In this document: one piece after another, positions 54,119 through 64,000 of the stretch
Position numbering within the stretch: the first letter of the stretch is position 1
How the letters are laid out: the number at the start of each line of letters is the position of its first letter
NCBI RefSeq assembly: GCF_006345805.1
Contig: NC_043011.1
Span: 50,480,464 to 50,544,463 of the forward strand
Origin: Octopus sinensis
Taxonomy: Eukaryota
Direction of reading: 5' to 3'
DNA: 64,000 nt
Program-made: the position numbers and the translations under genes
The notes under the pieces: generated by a model
What the model was told of the DNA's origin: nothing
The model's database searches: none
The model's input: only the letters and a program-made list of their open reading frames with translations

Positions 54119-54169
54119 AGCTTCCTGAAGATTTCTCTTGAATGAAACAGTTCTAGTCCTGTAGAAGCT
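54119..54169 (+). ncRNA. Type I hammerhead ribozyme motif in right arm of 265-bp inverted repeat
   Basis: AGCTTC-CTGAAGA-TTTCTCTTGAAT-GAAA-CAG-ttctagtc-CTG-TA-GAAGCT: 6-bp stem I, intact core, 4-bp stem III, GTA triplet. Stem II has 3 bp plus a core-proximal U.U pair. Confidence 0.7.
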
Positions 54170-54251
54170 CCTTCTATATAATAAATTAATTTTACTCTGC
54201 TATGTATTGAGTACCTTATTTACTGTGGTTAACCCCGAATCAACCGGGACC

Positions 54252-54308
<57 letters not shown>

Positions 54309-54784
54309 AGAATTCACAAAAAAACAAAGGAGAAGAACAGGCGGTGTAGGCAACAAACAGATGTATTAGTATAATGCTCGGGAAGTGTAAAAGACTTTAA
54401 CATTTCGAGCCTACGCTCTTCCACAGAAAGGAACTCAGAAAGAAACAAGGAGAGAAAATAAAGAACGTGTACTTGCTAGCGATCTATCATGGCGACTCTG
54501 ACGAAAGTAGCATTAATTTTTGGGGGTCGTTCAATTTTTGTCAGCTGATCAATTGACCAACTGTGTAAAGCTATTAGTAACGTACCTGTAATGGCTTGTG
54601 TAAACAGTTGTAAGCTAAATTAACTTTAATTAATACATGAAGATGTATTATAATAGCACGTCATAGATCAAATTTACATGCCTTTGTCATCAGTTGAAAC
54701 ACATGTTACACCATAACAAAATTACAAGTGAAATCGCTACGTGTAAGTCGACATAATATAAGGTTTTCATCACGAAATTAGACG

Positions 54785-54821
54785 ATGAAATATTTAATCC
54801 TTATTTTCCTTGTCGTTTCTT
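54785..54821 (+). CDS. Gene B exon 1, signal peptide MKYLILIFLVVS
   Basis: ATG...TCT T|GTAAGT, paralogous to 31740-31776 including upstream and downstream flanks. Confidence 0.8.
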
Positions 54822-55046
54822 GTAAGTAGCAATATGGTAATTATTTCTGAATTAGCATTACTATTTGTGCGCAGAATATAGATATAAGTGGTGTAGTAAT
54901 ATCATTATTTTACCTTTTTTTCTTCCTCATTCTCTGTCTCTTCATACCTATACACATACAAACATATGGATACATATATATATATAAATGAGTGCATGTA
55001 TGGGCGTGAGTGTATGTATGTGAATACATATATATTATATATATAT

Positions 55047-55113
<67 letters not shown>

Positions 55114-55225
55114 TTGATTGATTGATTCTAGTTTCAGCTCATGAGCTGTGGCCATGCTGGGGCACCGCCATTTGGTGTTGCTACTTGGTTTTACTTCACG
55201 AAAGCTTTTTAGCAACTGCCATTTG

Positions 55226-55274
<49 letters not shown>

Positions 55275-55319
55275 TGTATATATATACTGACTCATACATA
55301 TGCATGTATTTATATACTA

Positions 55320-56567
55320 TTAGGTTGTCAAGAAAGTTCTTGCGGTTTTTAACCTTTATATTCAGATGCATATTATATCGATTCAAACAAAACTTTATTA
55401 ATCGAAATAAACACCATCAGAATCAACACACTTTTGCCAGTTTATTTATGCCAGTAGCGTAAAAATCCTGCGTTCTGGTGGTGATGAAGTCGTTGAAAGC
55501 GTGTTTGGTATCGTCTTGATGTTTGAAGCATTTCTCACGCAGGAAGTTGTCGAGAAGCTTGAAAAAGTGGTAGTCGGTAGGTGAGAGTTCTGGTGAGTAT
55601 GGCGAATGAGGCAGAGTTTCGTCGCCCAATTCATTCAACTTCTGCATGGTCAGTTGTTAGATATGCGGCCGAGCGTGGTCATGGAGAAGAATTTGTCCTT
55701 TTCTATTGACCAATGGTGGCTGTTGTTTTCAGAGTTTCATATGCATTTCATCCATTTGCTGACAGTACTTCTCCGTCGTAATGATTTCGCCTCGATTCAA
55801 AAAGCTGTGATGGATGAGACCGGCTGCAGGTCACCAAAGAGTCACCTTGACCTTGTTTTGGTGCAACTTGGCTTCGGGAAGTGCCATGGAGCTTCGCCGG
55901 CGTCCAACCACTAAGCTGAGCGTCTCCAGTTGTCAGTTGTCCAGTTTTCATCGCAAGTCACAATCCGATCGAGAAACTGGTCGTTCTTGTTGCGTAAAAG
56001 AAGACGACACTTCAAAACGCGATTTTTGGTGGGGAGGGGCGTTGTGTACAATTCGTGCGGCACCCATTCCTCAAGCATTTTTATTTTTCCAATCTCTTTA
56101 AAGTGGTTTGAAATTGTTGTGTACGTTACGTCTAATTCAGAATCAAGCTCTCGAACAGTTGTGCGAGGGTTGGTTTCCACTAAGGCTCTTAGTTGATCGT
56201 TGTCAACATCCGATGCCCGACAACTACGCTTATCATCTTCAAGACTCTCGTCACCGCTACGACATTTCTTGAACCACCATTGTGCTGTACGCGCATTAGT
56301 GGTTCCTGGGCCAAACGCGTCGTTAATATCGCGAGCTGTTTCAGCCTAGCTTGAAATGGAATAAGAAAATTGTGCGAATTTGCTTTTTGTATTCTGGAAA
56401 AAATGGCCTAATTATTTACAAAGAAAAGGAGTAACACGATTAGATAGAGCCTAAAACGGGCTTTAAAATGATATATACAGTCAAAGTAAATTAACGAAAA
56501 TTAATTTGAAAATACATCATTTAAGACCAAAATTAAATATTCTGCAAGAACTTTCTTGACAACCTAA
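55320..56567 (-). mobile_element. Mariner DNA transposon, same family as 14775-16036, transposase disrupted
   Basis: TIR TTAGGTTGTCAAGAAAGTTCTTGC, TA TSD, WVPHEL, DRIVTCDE and YSPELSPTDYHFF remnants. Confidence 0.93.
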
Positions 56568-57230
56568 TAGAATGTATTTATATGTATTTATAAATACATG
56601 TTTATATGTATTTATATACTAGGACATGTACGTGAGCGCAGAGTCCTAGAGTATTCTGAAGTGTCTTACCTGGAAATGTACAGAGCAAGCAATAATTAAG
56701 CATGAGGATTTAAGGGACAATAAGAAAAATATCTTAAATTATCGCTGTTGTAGTTAGAATTAATAAACATAAAAAGTGATAATGACCCATTTATATTTTT
56801 CAATTGCATTGAATTTTTTAAATTAAAATACACAAGATGCTATTTATTTTCAATTTTAGTGAACAGTCTAATAGATCGAAATTTTAAACATTGCAAATTT
56901 AATATTAAAAATTTACATATTTCAAATACCAAACAATAGAAACTAAAGCTATATTGACAATTAAAACGCGTAAGTCTTGAAAATTTTTTAGTCATTTCTA
57001 CATTTTGTACTTAATTTGTTCATTAGCTTTCATTATTTTTGTAACTTTTCCAAGTGTAAATAGAAAATACTTTGTTGTTTCGTAATACAAACTTTGAAGA
57101 TGTGAATTCTTTCGTTTTCTCAAAACATTTTATTTTTTTCTATTCTTTACTCTTTTGTACATATATTGTGTAATATCTGCGAATAAAATTTTGGATACTG
57201 AGTTTTGTTTAGAAAAGAAAATTAAATATA

Positions 57231-57604
57231 GGCGTAGGAGTGGCACCTTGGTCAAGTGTCTTCTACTATAGCCTCGGGCCGAATACAAATTTGTGAGTGG
57301 ATTTGGTAGACGGAAACTGCAAGAAGCGCGTCGTATATATGTATGTATATATATATGTGTGTGTGTTGTGTGTGTGTGTGTGTGTGTATGTTTGCGTGTC
57401 TGTGTTTGTCCCCCTAACATCGCTTGACAACCGATGGGGGTGTGTTTACGTCCCCGTAACTTAGCGGATCAGCAAAATTGAGCGATAGAATAAGTACTAG
57501 GCTTATAAAAATTAAGTCCTGGAGGTCGATTTGCTCGACTAAATGCAGTGCTCCAGCATGGCCACAGTCAAATAAATGGCTCAAACAAGCAAAAGAGTAA
57601 AGTG
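57231..57604 (+). mobile_element. SINE family C with deletion in head
   Basis: Interrupts the block paralogous to 32940-33620. Confidence 0.82.
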
Positions 57605-58480
57605 TATGTAATATGCTAAAAATTAAATCATCAGTATTTTAGCTTAATATAACGAAATTTTTAAATGAAAAATATTATCTTGGATATTTTAAATGCAATA
57701 AAAAGTAAAAGGAATATAGGAATGAAAACAATGCACACGCCTTTTCTATGCTCCCTAACAATATTTTAAGCTTTAGCTTCTATTTTTGTCCAAGAATTTA
57801 ACAAGGTTTAATTACTGGTTGTTCAGTCATATATACCGTTATAATAAAAAAAGTTATAATATGGTAAACTTGAGATTTTATGAAATTTTAGTAATTATCT
57901 TTGTACCTAAAAATAACAGAGGTTTAATGGTAGTATATAGATTACAAATAAACACATTTTTTCACAATTTATATTACAAAATAATGTATTTTAATTAAAT
58001 AAGTAATAATTAGCTTTTTTGAGGGATAACTTATGATTTTCATATGAACATATTTTAATATATAAATATAAGAAAAAATTAATAAGAAACGGTAAATACT
58101 CATAATATTTTATGCCAAATATTTTTAGACTGTGTTTTCTCCAAAATATTCGTCGTGATGGACACATTCATTTCAGTTCAAATAATTTTATATTTCTCGT
58201 ACAAAGACAAACCTATTGCGCTTTCTTAGAATGATATCCTGGGTTTGGTCATTAAAGCTGCACAAAAATTTTCACCATGACATTCCTCGCATGCACTTCT
58301 TTCAACCGAAGTACATCTGTAACACAGAAGAACTGTGCAAGAAGCTTAGAAAATTGGCTAAATACCATCAGAAAAGGAAAAAAAATTACTAGCAAGTCAC
58401 TTCAGAGATTCGAAACCAATATGGCTAAATGTATATATGTATATATAAATATATGTGTATGTGCATATATATATATATAT

Positions 58481-58547
<67 letters not shown>

Positions 58548-58603
58548 ATAATATATATATATAAATATACATATGTGTGTGTGTATATGTATATATATGT
58601 ATG

Positions 58604-58657
<54 letters not shown>

Positions 58658-58685
58658 TGTGTGTGTGTATATGTATGTACGTATA

Positions 58686-59595
58686 TTCTTTTATTCTTTT
58701 ACAGGTTTCAGTTCTAAGACCGTGGTCATGCTGCAGCACCGCCAGTGAAATAACCTTTTCTATGGTCAATCATATGTTATTGGCTTTTGGTGATGGAGGC
58801 AGTTCGAAACTGCTGCTCTCTTTAGATTTTCTTCACTTGGTATAGGTTCATCTGAGACCTCGTTAGCTGGATGACAAGATGATTTTTGAAAACCTCTACC
58901 ACTACTTCAAGAAGATCCCTCACATATTTTGACAAGGCGTTACATCAGCATCATTGTTCGACCGTGGTCGAGACAATGGAATTTACCATGCTACGCCAGA
59001 CTTCAACGTCCATCATAGCATTAAGGAGGTCCTGTTGCTGGATGCCTGTATCCCTAGAGATTACATCAGAGTAGGAGAGTGTGCGCTTTCTGGTATAGCG
59101 AGTAGATGGCTTCCAGAGGAGAAGAGTAGAAATTACCTCTTTTTCAATTCTACGACAATGTCCAGCAAACTGGACTCTCTTACCTTTCACAAGGCGTCAC
59201 ACATATCTGGGCCTTTGAACCCCAAGCTATTGCAGTACATGGTCCTCATTCTAGAATGGATAACCGGGAACTTTAGAACAGTGCCGGGAAGTCCAGCTCA
59301 GGGACTGGTATAAATGTCGACACCAAGGTTTGGTTCCAGCCCCTCCACGAACTTCCATATTTATATCACTGCATACGACTCTACTCCCTCGTCTTCGATC
59401 GAGAGGGTACAATCGCACCTCTTTCAGTCTCTCACACTCATTCAGCTGTTCTTGGTGTAACGCCGCCGCCGAACTGCTTCATGTTTCGCTATTAATTTGA
59501 AACTATTGGGTGACCACAGCTGAGTGCATTAGTCCAGACGGTGAGTAAAAATTGTGCTCCGTAGAACCATCATATTTTTCTGGTCGCTTCTTCAA
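58686..59595 (-). mobile_element. L2/CR1-type LINE 3' remnant with a tail homologous to SINE family C
   Basis: LD*CTQLWSP, YAVI*IWKFVEGLEPNLG and YCNSLGFKGP remnants; tail TGGCGGTGCTGCAGCATGACCACGG..GAACTGAAACCTGTAAAAGAATAAAAGAAT. Confidence 0.7.
58941..59188 (-). mobile_element. RTE-type LINE 3' fragment nested in the L2/CR1 remnant
   Basis: RVQFAGHCRR..EVISTLLLWKP..DVISRDTG..DLLNAM; TSD ACAAGGCGT at 58932-58940 and 59189-59197. Confidence 0.85.
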
Positions 59596-59761
59596 AATAA
59601 TAATAATAATAATATAATAATAATAATAATAATAATAATATAATAATAATAATAATAATATATATAATAATAATAATAATAATATAATAATATTAATAAT
59701 ATAATAATAATAAATAATAATATAATATTATTAATAATAATAATAATATAATAATAATAAT

Positions 59762-59796
<35 letters not shown>

Positions 59797-59827
59797 AAAG
59801 AATAATTATAATAATAATAATAATAAT

Positions 59828-60503
59828 ATGTGGAGAATATGTGCAGAATACGTGGAGATGGACAAGAAACAATAAATCATATTATCTCTAGCTGCCCAGT
59901 CCTGGTAAGAAGGAATATATTCACGACATGACAGAGTTGGAACCTACATACGTTGGAAGCTTATGCCAACATTATGGAATAACAACAGAAAAAAGATGGT
60001 ATAGGCACACACCAGAAAAGGTCACAGAAAACGAGAAAGCAACCATACTCTGGGATATGCCGATACACACAGATAGAGAAATTAAGGCCAACAGACCAGA
60101 TATAGTTGTCAGAGATCATGAGAAAAAAAATGCTTTCTAATTGATGTATCAATACCGGCAGATGACAACGTGTCTCTAAAAGAATGGAGGAGAAACTCTC
60201 AAAATACAAAGACCTGGAAATAGAGGTAACTAGAATGTGGAATCTGAAAACAGAAACAATTCCTATCATAGTAGGTGCATTAGGCATGATAAAAAATATT
60301 CAGACAAATACATAACAAAAACACCAGGACTTACAAACACATATAACATACAAAAAATTGCACTACTAGACACTGCACACATCCTACGCAGAACACTTTC
60401 CATACAATAACCATCAGAGCATCACAACAAATCAAGAACATGCCCAAGTCACACAGAGCTGCGCTCGGTAGTGAAGTGAAAGCACGCTATAAAAATAAAA
60501 CTA

Positions 60504-60508
<5 letters not shown>
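59828..60508 (+). mobile_element. R4/Dong 3' fragment inside long (AAT)/(AAC) array
   Basis: WYRHTPEKVTENEKATILWDMPIHTDREIKANRPDIVVRDHE and the standard 3' UTR. Confidence 0.85.
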
Positions 60509-61985
<1,477 letters not shown>

Positions 61986-62150
61986 GTAAAATTAATGAAT
62001 CAATTTTAACGAATAATTTTACAAGTAGTTCGGTATGTAAAATGAATCATTATCGGTAAATTTATCAAAACCTAATTATGAGCATAATTATAATTAGGGT
62101 TCTGCAAAATTTGTTTCACCACATAACAAAATGTAGGCTTACAATTATAT

Positions 62151-62240
<90 letters not shown>

Positions 62241-62439
62241 GGAGAGAGAGAGAGAAGGGGGAGGAGAAAAGAGAGAGAGAGAGAAACCAATACATAAATA
62301 CATGCCTATCACTGTTTGAGTTGCATAATAGTGGTTTTATCTCTAACTTATATTTTATATATTTATACTGTGAAATATGATTTAATACTAAGTTGAATTT
62401 TTCGCTGTAAGTCTGGAGTTATACTCCCTAATAACATTA

Positions 62440-62473
<34 letters not shown>

Positions 62474-63012
62474 GCATACATACATACATACATATTTATA
62501 TATGTAGATATAGATAGATTCATACATACATATATGCATATATATGTGTGTGTGCGTGTGAATTCACATACACATACGTATAGTTGTAATTTGAACATAT
62601 GCAATTCATGTGTCTGTGTGTGGGGGTGAGAGTGTGTGTGGGGGTGAGTTTATGTGTGTTTGTGTGTGAGGGGGTGAGAGTGTGTGTTGGGGTGAGTGTA
62701 TGTGTGTTTGTGTGTGTTGTGTGTGTGTGTGGTGTGTGTGTGTGTGGTGTGTGTTTGTGTGTGTTTGTGTGTGTTTATCTCTCATCTATTTTTCTGTATA
62801 TTACTGAGGGATTTTGACGTCCAAATACTCGACCGGAATTATACTGAAATATATTCCTCGCTCCCACATATCTACAAATTCGAACATGAAACAACCATGT
62901 GTATACTCTGTATGATATGAATGCGCAACAGGCAGAAACGACGGTGTTGTTACAAAAATTTAATATCGCAACAATCATTTGAGATTTTTAAAGGAAATTT
63001 CATATCTTTTAG

Positions 63013-63109
63013 GTGTCAGGGCTTATTTTAGAGAGATATGCACTAAAGAGGCAAGACGTTTCTGTCCATCTACCTTTGTACAAGTTACCAGAAGGGATTT
63101 ATTTTGCCG
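63013..63109 (+). CDS. Gene B exon 2, VRAYFREICTKEARRFCPSTFVQVTRRDLFC; remainder of gene beyond the window
   Basis: CATATCTTTTAG|GTGTCAGGGC ... TGCCG|GTATGT. 97 nt, phase 1 to 2, open, with C-x7-C and terminal FC as in gene A. Confidence 0.8.
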
Positions 63110-63135
63110 GTATGTATGTATGTATGTATGTATGT

Positions 63136-63213
<78 letters not shown>

Positions 63214-63214
<1 letters not shown>

Positions 63215-64000
63215 TGTTTCTTTATTAGCCACACAGGGCTGCACACAGACAGGACAAATTACAAGGTAGAGCTTTTCTTTTAAGGGTAAAAAAAGAGGGT
63301 TTGGTTTTCGATCAGAAGGGATCGGAAAGGGAAAGAAAGATGACAAAAAAAGGGGGGAATAAATTTTTTTAAAGGGGGGGAGAGGAAACAAAAATTGATC
63401 AATAGGGTCCGTTATCACAGAAATGTCAATATGAAGTGCAAAGGGGAGGACAGGTGAGGTTTACCTGTGGAAAGAAAAGCCTACGGAAAAGACCACGGTA
63501 ACCTCGGTCAATGAAGTCACATGTTATATTTCTTTTTTTTTTGCAGATAAGCAACTCTCTGTATTAATTTTTACGGTTCATAGAATCATAGGCTCAAGGA
63601 GGCTTCGTCATTCATACGTGCCATCCTTGCTACATTCACCCATCTTTTTTTAAAGCATTCACTAGACAAAACTTGCCTCTCTACTCTCACTTTCCACTTC
63701 AAGTGATACTTGAAGAAGTTGATGAGAGATTGACCAGAGAGGAAAGTGTTTGTCTCTATTCCTTTCAGGCGCGTCCACCAGATACATTCTTTCGCCATAG
63801 CCACAAGTATGATAAAAATAGCTCTTCCTTTCCGTTTGAAGGAAGGGGACGTGACGATATTAACGATAGACTCGGCTGATAAACCGACACGTCCCACACG
63901 TGACAGCAGTCGTTCGACATAAGCCCACAGGTCGGAAATTGCTGGACACTGCACGATTGCGTGCAGAGCGGTTTCGTCGCTCTGCCCGCATCTCGGGCAG
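63214..64000 (-). mobile_element. Tx1-clade LINE 3' end (continues beyond window)
   Basis: CPRCGQSDETALHAIVQCP CCHC knuckle, AKECIWWTR, 3' UTR ending AATAAAGAAAC-(ATCT)n. Confidence 0.88.

Larger units (their letters stand above)
52530..54181. repeat. About 265-bp inverted repeats (52530-52795 / 53911-54181) around a microsatellite-rich spacer
   Basis: Direct reverse-complement comparison shows few differences. Confidence 0.92.

Noticed and set aside
54385-54432. Minus-strand GAGC-GTAG-GCTC-GAAA hairpin
   Set aside because: The upstream core reads CTGTGGAA rather than CTGANGA, and stems I and III cannot be formed.

Overview
Repeat-dense eukaryotic DNA, AT-rich, with one 100-N gap at 9598-9697. 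The SINE, LINE and microsatellite content resembles an octopus (coleoid cephalopod) genome; this is my recognition, not a database result. Almost all ORF-track entries are microsatellite or SINE artefacts. Main result: a multi-exon gene family that the ORF track misses, lying in an old head-to-tail duplication. Gene A (+, join 31740-31776, 35933-36032, 37432-37531, 38323-38346, 42187-42258) is phase-consistent with GT-AG introns. It encodes 110 aa: a signal peptide, a six-cysteine domain, a G/S/N micro-exon and a hydrophobic, GPI-signal-like tail. Paralog B (exon 1 54785-54821, exon 2 63013-63109) runs off the window. A third, decayed copy survives as exon 3 and exon 5 remnants (24940-25027, 27186-27245). 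Signal exon, Cys codons and flanking intron are conserved while the mature domain is strongly diverged. Also present: an intact tRNA-Lys(CTT); several type I hammerhead ribozyme motifs in inverted-repeat, Penelope-like elements; Tx1 LINE pieces in (GATA)n; R4/Dong LINE pieces in triplet arrays; RTE, L2/CR1, HERO-like and Penelope remnants; mariner, Tc1 and Helitron elements; and four tRNA-derived SINE families. Identity figures are hand-alignment estimates.
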